Assembly (NCBI GenBank): GCA_963817615.1
Contig: CAWFPH010000002.1
Coordinates: forward strand, 769,168 to 833,167
From: an uncultured Gammaproteobacteria bacterium
GTDB taxonomy: Bacteria; Pseudomonadota; Gammaproteobacteria; Steroidobacterales; Rariloculaceae
Direction: 5' to 3'
DNA: 64,000 nucleotides
The notes under the pieces were generated by a model. It saw only the letters and a program-made list of their open reading frames with translations. It was not told where the DNA came from and made no database searches. Shown one piece after another: positions 1-9,109 of this stretch (position 1 is its first letter; every line of letters starts with the position of its first letter). Position numbers and translations under genes: made by a program.

Positions 1-384
1 CGCCGTCTCGGCCTGAGCCTCGACGAGGCCGCGTGCCTTGCACGGTGCAGCGGCGCCGAAGCGGCGCTCCAGCGGCCGGGTGCCGAGCACGGTATCGAGC
101 GTTTCCGCGCGCAGGTCGTCGAGAGCTCGAACCGCGAAGACGCTCCCGTGCTCATCGTCAACTACTCGCGGCGCGCGCTCGGGCAAACCGGCGACGGTCA
201 TTTCTCTCCGATCGGCGGCTACCACGCGGGCGCGGACCAGGCTCTGGTGCTCGATACCGCGAGGTTCAAATACCCGCCCCACTGGGTCCCCGTCGAGCTG
301 CTCTTTGCCGCGATGGAGGCTCGGGACGACGCGACCGGCGAGCCTCGCGGCTGGCTCGGCGTGCAGGCGGTGCGCTGCGCGTAG
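1..384 (+). CDS. phytochelatin synthase-like (papain-fold) protein, C-terminal part; 5' end lies outside the window
   Basis: Frame 1 is open from base 1 to TAG 382-384. The translation contains GHFSPIGGYH...ARFKYPPHWVPVELLFAAM, the conserved block of phytochelatin-synthase-family proteins. Confidence 0.75.
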   Translation, partial: RRLGLSLDEAACLARCSGAEAALQRPGAEHGIERFRAQVVESSNREDAPVLIVNYSRRALGQTGDGHFSPIGGYHAGADQALVLDTARFKYPPHWVPVELLFAAMEARDDATGEPRGWLGVQAVRCA

Positions 385-427
385 CCGCAGTTTTGCTGCA
401 GATGACGTTCGACGCCGCGGGCGTTAG

Positions 428-670
428 TCAAACCTGTTCGTTCTCCCACCAAACGCGCTGCCGACCAGCGGCGCGTCGGCGAACCCAAGCTTGAATCTCG
501 GTGTCGATCCAACCGACAGCATGATCGGTGATCTTCACGCTCTGCGGGAACCGCTTTCGTTGTTGGAGGCGATAGATCGTCGCCCGCCTCAAGCCCGTGA
601 CTTGGCAGACCTCGGGAAGTCGGAGGATTCGTGGGCTGTGGTCGCGGGGGAGTCGGCAAGTGTCGGACAC
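428..670 (-). CDS. alpA: AlpA-family island/prophage regulatory protein (MerR-like HTH, excisionase type)
   Basis: 80-aa ORF. ILRLPEVCQVTGLRRATIYRLQQRKRFPQSVKITDHAVGWIDTEIQAWV is the typical AlpA/Xis HTH signature. Confidence 0.8.
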   Translation of the reverse strand: MSDTCRLPRDHSPRILRLPEVCQVTGLRRATIYRLQQRKRFPQSVKITDHAVGWIDTEIQAWVRRRAAGRQRVWWENEQV

Positions 671-865
671 TCCAAGGCAACGGACGGAATGAGATCACGA
701 GGGCGCACTCGGTGGCGAGCAGCGATCGTCACCTACTTCGACTCCCGCACTACTCGCAACGTCACCTTGATAACTCCCATTCGATGACCCAAACGTGTAG
801 AGAAACTGTCGCGGCTGACTTCCGGCTATCGCCACGCTCTTCGGGCGGATAGATTCTTCCGTCGA

Positions 866-3277
866 TCATTCCGTCTTCAGCGTCTCGACCGGGTCGATGC
901 TGGCCGCGCGGCGGGCCGGCACGTAGCTCGCAAATGCCGCCGCGACGAGCAGCACGCCGAGCGCCGCGAGATAGGTCGGCGCATCGAGCGGACCGATGCC
1001 GAACAGCAGCGACGACATCAGGCGCGTCAACGCGAACGCGGCTACGAGCCCGACGACGACGCCGATCGCCACCCGCGCGAGAGCGCCGAGCACGAACATC
1101 CGTTTCAGTGCGGCCGGTTGCGCGCCGAGCGCGAGCCGGATTCCGATTTCGCGCGTCCGCTGCGAAACGACGTACGCCATCACGCCGTAGATGCCGACGA
1201 CTCCCAATCCGAGCGCCATCGCAGCGGCGATCGCGAGCATCACGAGCGTGAACGACGTCTGCGCGAGGAAGTCGGCGTAGAGATCCTGCACGGTACGCAC
1301 GAGAAACACGGGCAGATCGGCGTTCACCGCCCACACGGCTCGGTTGATCTCGATGGCGAAGCTCGCCGTGCCCGCGCGCTCGCTGCGCACGACGTAGGCG
1401 ATCGCCGGCGTGCCGTTCTTCGGCTGCCCGAGGAAGCTCTCCATCAGCACCGGCCAGTAGACGAGTCGCGGCGCGTCCAGGCTGACTCCGTCCTCGTGCA
1501 CGTCGCGCACGACCCCGATGACGTCGCGCCAGATGCCCGGTGCATCCGGCCGCGATTCGCGGACGCGCTTGCCGAGCGCGGCCTTAGGCTCGCCCCAAAG
1601 CTCGCGCGCGAGACCCTCGGAGATCACGGCAACCTTGCCGCCCGCGTCGATATCCGGCCACGTGATGTCGCGCCCCGCGACCATGCGCGTACCCACGGTC
1701 GCGAAGTAACCGGGCGCCACGTATTGGAATCGGCGTATCGGCGCCGTCTCTCCGGCCTCGTAGCGCTGGCCTTCCGCGTACAACGCGTTTGACGGCGTGC
1801 GCCCGGTTTCCATCGGCGCGCCGAAGCCGAACGACGCGGCCTCGACTCCCGGTATCGCCGCTAGGCGTTCGAGAATCTGCCGTTGGATTTGCGTGGTGCG
1901 TTCCGGATCGGTGCTGATCGCCGGGGTGATCGCGATCCGGGCGATTTGCACGGCCTCGGGCCGCGAGACGCCGGGATCGACATCGCGCAGCGCGCTGAAC
2001 GTGCGGACCATCAGGCCGGAGCAGACGATCAGCACGAGCGCGAGCGCTACCTGCGCCACGACGAGCGCGTTGCGCGCTCGATGACGCTCGCGGCTCGCGG
2101 TCGCGCCGCGGGCCGCCGAGAGCGGCGCCGCGCTTTGCGCCGCGTGCTTGAACGCCGGGATCGAGCCGAGCAGCAAGCTCGACAGGAGTGAGGCGACAAT
2201 CACGAACGCGAGCACGGACGGATCGATCGAGATTTCTTGAAGCCGCGGCAGGTTCGTCGGTCCGAACGCAACGAGCAGGCGCAGCCCGAGATAGGCGAGC
2301 ACGAGCCCCGCGGCGCCGCCGAGCGCGCCGAGCACCGTGCTCTCGACGAGCAGCTCTTTCGCGATGCGTCCGCGGCCGGCGCCGAGCGCTGCGCGCACCG
2401 CGAATTCCTGGCGGCGAGCGTCCGCCCGCACGAGCATGAGGTTCGCGACGTTCGCGCAGGCGATCACGAACACCGCGCCGATCGTGCCCATCAGCACCCA
2501 GAGCGTGCTGGCGATGTTGCCGACGATCGTGTCCTTGAGCGACACGAACGCCGGCGCGACACGCCAGTTCGCGACCGCGTCGCGCTGCGCGCCGCCGGGC
2601 GCCGCCGGCCAGGCGTCGAGCCAAATCGGCAGCATGCGCGCGGCGTCCGCCTCCGCGTCGGCGAGCGTCACGCCAGGTTTGAGTCGGCCGATGCCTTGCA
2701 AACCGCCGAAGCCCGCGAGCATCAATCGGCTGGGATCGAGCTGGATCGGCAGTATCAACTCGGCCTCGGGCGTCATGTTGAGGAAGCGGAATCCGGCGGG
2801 CATTACGCCGACGATTTCCGTGGGACGCGAATTGATCGACATGCTTCGACCGATGACGCCCGGATCGCCGCCGAATTTCCGCTGCCAATACGCATGGGTC
2901 AGGATCACGGTACCGGCCGTTTGCGGCGCATGGTCGGGCTCGGAGAACCAACGGCCGAGCATGGGCTGAACACCGAGCGCTTGGAGCACGCCGTCCGACA
3001 CGAAGCGAACCCGCGCCTGCTCGGGGTCGCCGACACCGGTCACGGTCGCGCCGCCGTCTATGAAGACTCCGAGGTGCTCGAAGGTCCGGTTTTCGTCGCG
3101 ATAGGTGAAGTAAAGATCCGGCGACATCCCGAGCGCGCCGGCATTCAAACCGGGCGCGACGTGCTGCAGGCTCACGAGCTGGTTCGACTGCGGGTACGAC
3201 AACGGCTTGAGCAGCACGGCGTTGACGACACTGAAGACGGCGGTGTTCGCGCCGATTCCGAGCGCGAGCGTGAGCAC
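866..3277 (-). CDS. FtsX/MacB-type ABC transporter permease with duplicated permease module (ADOP-like); N-terminal region disrupted
   Basis: 803-aa ORF beginning TLALGIGANTAVFSVVNAVLLKPL, with two FtsX-like 4-TM modules and large periplasmic loops. The expected N-terminal DLRxxxRxL motif is found upstream in another frame (see finding). No partner ATPase is adjacent. Confidence 0.8.
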   Translation of the reverse strand: MLTLALGIGANTAVFSVVNAVLLKPLSYPQSNQLVSLQHVAPGLNAGALGMSPDLYFTYRDENRTFEHLGVFIDGGATVTGVGDPEQARVRFVSDGVLQALGVQPMLGRWFSEPDHAPQTAGTVILTHAYWQRKFGGDPGVIGRSMSINSRPTEIVGVMPAGFRFLNMTPEAELILPIQLDPSRLMLAGFGGLQGIGRLKPGVTLADAEADAARMLPIWLDAWPAAPGGAQRDAVANWRVAPAFVSLKDTIVGNIASTLWVLMGTIGAVFVIACANVANLMLVRADARRQEFAVRAALGAGRGRIAKELLVESTVLGALGGAAGLVLAYLGLRLLVAFGPTNLPRLQEISIDPSVLAFVIVASLLSSLLLGSIPAFKHAAQSAAPLSAARGATASRERHRARNALVVAQVALALVLIVCSGLMVRTFSALRDVDPGVSRPEAVQIARIAITPAISTDPERTTQIQRQILERLAAIPGVEAASFGFGAPMETGRTPSNALYAEGQRYEAGETAPIRRFQYVAPGYFATVGTRMVAGRDITWPDIDAGGKVAVISEGLARELWGEPKAALGKRVRESRPDAPGIWRDVIGVVRDVHEDGVSLDAPRLVYWPVLMESFLGQPKNGTPAIAYVVRSERAGTASFAIEINRAVWAVNADLPVFLVRTVQDLYADFLAQTSFTLVMLAIAAAMALGLGVVGIYGVMAYVVSQRTREIGIRLALGAQPAALKRMFVLGALARVAIGVVVGLVAAFALTRLMSSLLFGIGPLDAPTYLAALGVLLVAAAFASYVPARRAASIDPVETLKTE

Positions 3278-3467
3278 GGCCGCGAGCGTGAACGTGGGCC
3301 GGCGCTAAGCCCGCGAAACGAATGGCGCAGATCCCGTCCCACGGAATCTGCGAGAGCGATTGTGCTCGTCGGCTGGCGCTGACGCTGGGCGTTCTCGAAC
3401 TGGGTCCATGTCGTGACTCCCCCGGAAAAAACCTGACCCGCGGATGCGATTGCGAGAGGTCGCTGCG

Positions 3468-4007
3468 CTAGTTCCCGTACAGCTCCTTCACCTGGAACAG
3501 GAGATACCACTCGATGACCGTGCCGACGACGGCGCTGACGACGGCGCCGACGTTGAACGAAAGGAGTGAACCCGCGAGCGACACGATCGACGCGTAGAAG
3601 ATGAGTCGCCACGACCCTGCCGTGCGCTTGAAGAAACCCGGGAGCGCCATGGCTTCGAGAACGAGAGCAGCCGCACCCGCCACGAACGATTCAATCCGAA
3701 TGTAGCTCCAGCTGGCGGCCTTCATGCTCAGCGCACCCAAGGTCACCCCCATAAAGCCCAAGATCGAAAGGGCAACTGTGAGGACAAGGAGAACGACGCC
3801 GATGATCACGAGATACGGCGCGATGGTTGCGATGCGCTCTTTGATGTTCTTCGGAATCTGAAACGGCGCCTTCTTGATCATCACGTCGTCGAGGAAGGCT
3901 TCGAGCTGCGCCAGAATCCCACGCAGCTGCTGCTGCGGTGAGTCTGATAGGCGATTGTCGGTCGCGGGCTGCAGCGGCGTTACGGGAGGCACATTAGGAG
4001 CATTCAT
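3468..4007 (-). CDS. conserved hypothetical integral membrane protein
   Basis: 179-aa ORF with four hydrophobic spans after a polar N-terminus. It has protein-like composition and lower GC than its neighbours. No family was recognised with certainty. Confidence 0.65.
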   Translation of the reverse strand: MNAPNVPPVTPLQPATDNRLSDSPQQQLRGILAQLEAFLDDVMIKKAPFQIPKNIKERIATIAPYLVIIGVVLLVLTVALSILGFMGVTLGALSMKAASWSYIRIESFVAGAAALVLEAMALPGFFKRTAGSWRLIFYASIVSLAGSLLSFNVGAVVSAVVGTVIEWYLLFQVKELYGN

Positions 4008-4148
4008 GAGGAATCCTCTTTGTTATTCGAAGTGCCGGACGCGAGAGACAAGAGCACGAGCATCAGATTCGATAAGCATGTCTCGCAGGTGAGACCGAGG
4101 AAGCGCCTCCGCGCCGACATTCTCGCCGCGAGCCGAAGCGAGTGGCGA

Positions 4149-4655
4149 TTACCTGACTTTCTTGAAAACCAGAAAGAACGGCGTCTCCTTACCGTTCTGA
4201 TCGATGGCCGTGACGTCGATCCGCATCGTCTTGCCGTCTGGCGCTACGCGTCGCACACCTTTATTGATGACGCGGTCGCCGTACTTCGCGACGACGTTGA
4301 CGGCGTGCTCGTCGAGCACGGTTTCGGAGTACGTGAGGGGCGTCTTCGTGCCGTTGATCTGGAACTCGGCGAGCGGAAACGATGAATACTGCGGATAGTC
4401 CTTGCCGTCGCTCTTCGAAACAACCTGGATGAAGTCAGGGTGCCCGTTCGACACTTTGCGGATCACGACGTTGACGAGGTAGCCGTCGTCCCGCAGATCG
4501 TAGCTGCGAGTTTCGGACTCGAGCAGAAAGCCCTTCGGTAGCTCAGAGGCCTGCGGGTCGAACTCCCAGACGCCGAGCACCTGGGGAACTTGTGCCAGCG
4601 CGTTGGTGGCGCACAGAAAGAGCGCGCAGGCGATGCGGGCCGCGGTCTTCTTCAT
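4149..4655 (-). CDS. small exported protein (signal peptide, beta-rich, lipocalin-like build)
   Basis: Start chosen at the internal ATG 4655 (MKKTAARIACALFLCATNALAQ signal peptide), preceded by AAGGAG 6 nt upstream. A G-x-W motif follows right after the predicted cleavage site. Confidence 0.65.
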   Translation of the reverse strand: MKKTAARIACALFLCATNALAQVPQVLGVWEFDPQASELPKGFLLESETRSYDLRDDGYLVNVVIRKVSNGHPDFIQVVSKSDGKDYPQYSSFPLAEFQINGTKTPLTYSETVLDEHAVNVVAKYGDRVINKGVRRVAPDGKTMRIDVTAIDQNGKETPFFLVFKKVR

Positions 4656-4824
4656 CGAGGTTCTCCTTCGGCGGTCTGTGGAGCAGAGCAAGCACCGTGC
4701 CAGTCAACGCGTTCCGCCCAGTTCGTCGGGTGTTCGCGCTGCGCCGCGCAGCGGCCGTCCCACTTTCGCGCCACGCGCGTCGCGAAAGCGAGACGGAAAC
4801 GCGCGTTCAGTGCGAGGTGGTTCG

Positions 4825-6378
4825 TCAGTCACGAGAATGCGCTCGCGCTGCGATCGGCGACCCATCCGCGTCATCGACTTCGAACGCGACGCGCGTCCGA
4901 ATCCGCTCGTCGAAGTTACGCGGCGCAAGGACCTCCGCTCGAGCGGCCACGGCGAACGCCAGCATCGCAACGACCGCCACGGCGCCGAGCGCGGCGACTT
5001 GCTTTAAGACCCGTTTGGCGCCGCGCTCAGCGGAGCCGTGGTTCTTCATGCCGAGCCAGAGCAACCACGCGAACACCGCTGCACTGGCGGCATACAGCAC
5101 AGCCCAAGCCGCGTTCGGCAGATCCCACGCCAGGGGCATCCAGCGGGGCATGACGTTCACGAACACGACCCCGACGATCGCGGCAGGGAGCCACGCGAGC
5201 AGCGCGCGCACTCCATTGGTGCTCAGCGAGGAGGCATACAGGCTCACGGTCGCAGCGGCCGCGATCGCCGCCGCCGGTGGCCAGCCGAGTCGGACGGGCC
5301 CCGGGCCCGACGCGAACAGCGCGTAGAGGATTGCAGGCACACCGATGGCAAGGCCGAGCGACAGGACCAGGACGACCGCGGCCTTGATTGCCCACTGCCG
5401 CCACGCGGCGATGGGCAGCAGCACCTGCCAGCCCAGCGTGCCGAGCTGGCGCTCTTCGGCGCTGGCGAGCGAGCCTGCGAGCAGCGGGATCGCGCCGGCG
5501 TGCAGCAAGGTCGCCACGGTCATCAGCCCGGCACGCCGGGTCGGAAACAAAGACTCGCCGACCAACACGACCGCGAGCCACGTCGCCACGTACAGTCCGG
5601 ACACGACGAACGTGAGCTGCTGGAGGTGCAGCTCCTTGCCGAGCATCTGCTGCCACACCGAGCGCGCGGAGCGCGCCGCGGCGAAGTGCACGCGCGGCTT
5701 CAACAACCACGCCGGCAGGTGTAGCTCGAGCCCGCGGCCCTCGATGGCTTCGAGGCGCATGAACAGCCGCCACATCAGGAGCGCGCTTAGCACCACGACG
5801 GCCAGCATCGTGTGCACGAAGATATCGAGGAACCGGGCGTTCGCCTGTGCAAGCGTCGCCGCGTCCCCGTACAGCCACGGCACAGCGGCTCGGCTGCCGA
5901 TCACCATCGCGAGCGAAAGACCGATGGTCAACACGCAGCCCGCCAGCGCACTGCGCGTGAGCAGCGTCAGGCACGGGGTGAGCAGCACGCCGCCTAGCAC
6001 CGGCAGCACGGTCACGAGCAGGCGCCCTGTCGGCGAGATCTCGGGCCACACGCGTGCGACCGCGAGGGGCGTCAGCCCGTAGGCCCACTCCAGAGCGCCC
6101 AACCCAAGCAGCATCGCGGCGACGACGCCCAGTTTATGCAGCAGCACGCTGGAGCGGGCCGCCGGCTGCGCCAGCAACCCGGCCAGCGTGCGGTTGGTGA
6201 ACTCTTGCCCGATCGACAGCGCGCCGAGCAAGGCACAGGCGCCAACGTAGAAGAGCACGGTATCGAGGCCGGTTTCGACAAAGCCGACGGCGACGAGCAG
6301 CGCTGTCGCGGTCAGCCATGTCGGCCCGAGGCCGCGGACTTCCTTCCAGACGAGCGCAGGTCTGAGCACGGTCGTCAT
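4825..6378 (-). CDS. multi-span ABC-2-type transporter permease-like membrane protein
   Basis: 517-aa very hydrophobic ORF. Its start overlaps the stop of the upstream ATPase gene by 4 nt (6375-6378), indicating operon coupling. Confidence 0.7.
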   Translation of the reverse strand: MTTVLRPALVWKEVRGLGPTWLTATALLVAVGFVETGLDTVLFYVGACALLGALSIGQEFTNRTLAGLLAQPAARSSVLLHKLGVVAAMLLGLGALEWAYGLTPLAVARVWPEISPTGRLLVTVLPVLGGVLLTPCLTLLTRSALAGCVLTIGLSLAMVIGSRAAVPWLYGDAATLAQANARFLDIFVHTMLAVVVLSALLMWRLFMRLEAIEGRGLELHLPAWLLKPRVHFAAARSARSVWQQMLGKELHLQQLTFVVSGLYVATWLAVVLVGESLFPTRRAGLMTVATLLHAGAIPLLAGSLASAEERQLGTLGWQVLLPIAAWRQWAIKAAVVLVLSLGLAIGVPAILYALFASGPGPVRLGWPPAAAIAAAATVSLYASSLSTNGVRALLAWLPAAIVGVVFVNVMPRWMPLAWDLPNAAWAVLYAASAAVFAWLLWLGMKNHGSAERGAKRVLKQVAALGAVAVVAMLAFAVAARAEVLAPRNFDERIRTRVAFEVDDADGSPIAARAHSRD

Positions 6379-7292
6379 GCGAGTGCTGCGCTCGCGCGGG
6401 CGGGCTGCAGCGCTGCGACGAAGATCTCCTCGAGCGTCAACGACTCGGTCGTGACCACCTCGGGCGATCGGGTCTTCAAACGCTCGACGACGCGCTCGGC
6501 GTCGCCCTCGGCGAGCACCTCGATCTCGCGGCCGTTCTGCTTCAGCACCCGCGCGGCGCCGAGATCGAGCGTGCCGCGCAGCGGCGCCGCGAACCGCGCG
6601 TAGACCTTCTGATAGCGGTCGCGTGCGCGATCCGCGTCGGCCGACAAGACGGCGCGCCCGTCCTCGATGATCGTGAATTCGTCGATGAGTCCCTCGAACT
6701 CGGCGATCAAATGCGTCGAGACGAACACGGTCCGCCGGCCCGGATCGCCTTCCTGGTAGGCGCCGATGACGGCCTCGATGAACTCGCGGCGCACGATGGG
6801 ATCGAGGCCGGCGGTCGGCTCGTCGAGCACGAGCAGCTCGGGCTCGGCGCAGATCGCGGTGATCAGCGCGAGCTGCGTTCGCTGGCCCTTCGACAGGTGC
6901 GTCGTGTTCTTAAGCGGATCGAGCCTGAACCGCTCGAGCAGGGCGCTCTCGGTCGCGCGGTTCCAGCGCGCGCGGAAGGCCGCGAAGTAGTCGAGCGTCT
7001 GGCGCACGGTCATCCACGGATAGAACGCGACGTAGTCGGGCACGTAGGCGATGCGTGACTTGACGGCCACTTCTGCCTTGCGCGGATCGAGCCCGAAGAC
7101 GCGCACCGTGCCGCTCGTTGGGCGCAACAGGTTCAAGAGACACTTGATCGTCGTCGTCTTGCCGGCGCCGTTGCGGCCGAAGAAGCCGTAGCAGCGGCCG
7201 GGTTTGACCTCGAGCGTGAGTCCGTTCACGGCGTCGGTATGCCCGTAGCGCCGCACCAACCGATCGATGTGGATGGCCGCGTGGTCCGTCAT
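6375..7292 (-). CDS. ABC transporter ATP-binding protein
   Basis: Walker A GRNGAGKTT, signature LSKGQRTQLAL and Walker B LLVLDEPTAGLD are present. Start taken at ATG 7292 (MTDHAAIHIDRLVRRYG), which overlaps the GntR stop as ATGA. Confidence 0.9.
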   Translation of the reverse strand: MTDHAAIHIDRLVRRYGHTDAVNGLTLEVKPGRCYGFFGRNGAGKTTTIKCLLNLLRPTSGTVRVFGLDPRKAEVAVKSRIAYVPDYVAFYPWMTVRQTLDYFAAFRARWNRATESALLERFRLDPLKNTTHLSKGQRTQLALITAICAEPELLVLDEPTAGLDPIVRREFIEAVIGAYQEGDPGRRTVFVSTHLIAEFEGLIDEFTIIEDGRAVLSADADRARDRYQKVYARFAAPLRGTLDLGAARVLKQNGREIEVLAEGDAERVVERLKTRSPEVVTTESLTLEEIFVAALQPARASAALA

Positions 7293-7693
7293 GTCGCTAC
7301 CTTGCTGTGGCGTTGTTGCTCGAAAGAATCGAGGCGTTCCTCGACCAGCTTCAGGAATTCCGCGCGCGTCACCTGTAGGTGATGTGCCTGCACGACGGCT
7401 TGGTCGACTTCCTCGGCGAGCAGAGTCAGGCACGCCTTCTTCTTGAGCGGTGTGCCGGTATTGCGCACGAAGCAGCCCTTGCCGGCCGCGGTCTCGATGA
7501 CGCCCTGGCTTTCGAGCTCCGTGTAAGCCTTGGCGACCGTGTTGCGATTCACGCGCAGCTCCTCGGCGAGCGGCCGGATCGACGGCAGCGGCTCGCCCGC
7601 GCGGATCGAGCCCGCGGCGACGGCCGCGCGGACCTGGTCGACGATCTGCAGGTACACGGGCTTGCCGGATTTGAAGTTGAGTTGTAGGCGCAT
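7289..7693 (-). CDS. GntR-family transcriptional regulator, short YtrA-like type
   Basis: 134 aa. PVYLQIVDQVRAAVAAGSIRAGEPLPSIRPLAEELRVNRNTVAKAYTELESQGVIETAAGKGCFV is a winged-HTH GntR domain with a short C-terminal tail. It is the first gene of the ABC operon. Confidence 0.9.
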   Translation of the reverse strand: MRLQLNFKSGKPVYLQIVDQVRAAVAAGSIRAGEPLPSIRPLAEELRVNRNTVAKAYTELESQGVIETAAGKGCFVRNTGTPLKKKACLTLLAEEVDQAVVQAHHLQVTRAEFLKLVEERLDSFEQQRHSKVAT

Positions 7694-7698
7694 CGGTT

Positions 7699-7724
7699 AT
7701 CTGTCCTATGACAGTAGGACAGAT
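7699..7724 (-). promoter_or_regulatory. perfect 10-bp inverted repeat, candidate GntR/YtrA operator
   Basis: ATCTGTCCTA-tgacag-TAGGACAGAT lies 5 nt upstream of the GntR start codon. It contains the GT...AC half-sites typical of GntR operators and overlaps the likely RBS (AGGA). Confidence 0.5.
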
Positions 7725-7902
7725 GCCGCGGCGCGTGTCAACTCCCGCGCGGCCGAGCCGTGCCGGCGTTCACAGGGGGCAGAGGCAACCACCCTGGTCG
7801 CCACCCAGCAGTTCACCGATCCCGCTTATCCCTACGAGGGCGCTCGCTAGGATCCACCGGCAATGCGCAACGGTTATCGATCAGCGGCGGGAAGCTTGTT
7901 GA

Positions 7903-8215
7903 CTAGATCGGGAAACTCATGGCGACGGTTTCCCAGACGACATCGAGATCGACGTCGAAGTAACCGTATGCAATTCGGTTCCGCATCCCCTTCATGCTCT
8001 TCCAGGCTATCGTCGGGTGTTCCGCGGCGAAGTCCGGGTACTCGTTCAACAACTTAGTCGCCGCTTCACCGATGACGAACAAGTTCAAGATCACGGCTTG
8101 CTGAGTGCACGTCGGCCATGAACTGCGCCTTCGTCATCGCCTCGACGTACGACAGCGCGAGTCGTGCGGCGTTGGCGATGTACGCTAGATAGTCTCCAAG
8201 ACGGCTGGTCGTCAC
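7903..8215 (-). pseudogene. hepT: HepT-like (DUF86) RNase toxin gene, frameshifted and with altered catalytic motif
   Basis: A GTG at 8215 overlaps the MNT stop (GTGA) and opens MTTSRLGDYLAYIANAARLALSYVEAMTKAQFMADVH. The family continuation TQQAVILNLFVIGEAATKL...MRNRIAYGYFDVDLDVVWETV is in another frame, with the shift near 8103-8110. The Rx4HxY motif reads RNRIAYGY. Confidence 0.7.
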
Positions 8216-8502
8216 AACGCCCGGGCCTGTACGAGCACTTCGGCGCGCACGCGTGCTGGCAGGTCGCCCGGCACGCGAACGTCGACGTGAACGCCAAGGA
8301 GTTCTTCGAGTTCTTCCTGTAGGCCACCAAGATCGAAGAGCGTTGTCTGCGGCAATGGGTCGACCAGAAGGTCCAGATCGCTGCCCTCGCGATCTTCCTG
8401 CCGGGCGACCGAACCGAAGACCCGTGGATTAGTGGCCCGATGGCGTCGCACGGCATCACGTATGGCTTCCCGATGCCGCTGAAGTGGCTTGCTCGGCGTC
8501 AC
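8212..8502 (-). CDS. mntA: MNT-type nucleotidyltransferase antitoxin
   Basis: 96 aa. FGSVARQEDREGSDLDLLV is the GSxxRGxxxxxSDxDL nucleotidyltransferase motif. It lies immediately upstream of, and overlaps, the HepT-like gene. Confidence 0.85.
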   Translation of the reverse strand: MTPSKPLQRHREAIRDAVRRHRATNPRVFGSVARQEDREGSDLDLLVDPLPQTTLFDLGGLQEELEELLGVHVDVRVPGDLPARVRAEVLVQARAL

Positions 8503-8683
8503 ATTCGTCGTTATAGCGGCGCCCGGACCACTTCGGGCGGCGGATAGGAATTTGAGGCACGCCTTCTGCCGGTGCGCGTAACAGCCAGAGGCGCGGATTC
8601 TCCGCTCGGCTCATCGACGGGCTCGGGATCCGGCCGCACCTCCTGTACCGCGGCGGATCGTCCATCCGCAGCGGTGCTCGGAT

Positions 8684-9109
8684 CTACTGCGATGGTGGTG
8701 GAGGAAGATCCTCGGGCGGCGTCAGATCGAATTGTTGTCGCCCGGTTTCGTGATTGACGGAACGATCATTCGTTTCGCAACTGGACGCCTCGTGGAAGAC
8801 ATGGCCGGAATCGCGCCGATACACGAACGTGGTCTCGTAAGGCGCCGTCAAGACATCGGGCGCGACGAGTTGCCGCGCAATCTCCATGGTGCCGGCGTCC
8901 CTGAGGGTGAAGCGCTCGATCATGTGCGCACCCCTGCCCGTTTTGAGCAGCAGGACGGTGCCGGCAAACTGCCCGGCAGGGTCGAGCCCCGACGTCTCGA
9001 CGACCAGCGTCTTGCCTTCCCAGTGTCCAACCGAGGTACCCATCTTGCTCTCGTCGACGTGGTGTGGCGGGCTGCGCCATTGCGATAGGGGCACCCGGCA
9101 AACAACCAC
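8684..9109 (-). pseudogene. probable 5'-truncated remnant of a conserved exported protein
   Basis: The ORF carries GHWEGKTLVVETSGL...FTLRDAGTMEI...YRRDSGHVFHEASSCETNDR. I recall this as the C-terminal half pattern (GHWEGDTLVV ... CxENNR) of a common proteobacterial family. No signal peptide or N-terminal half is present. Confidence 0.4.
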
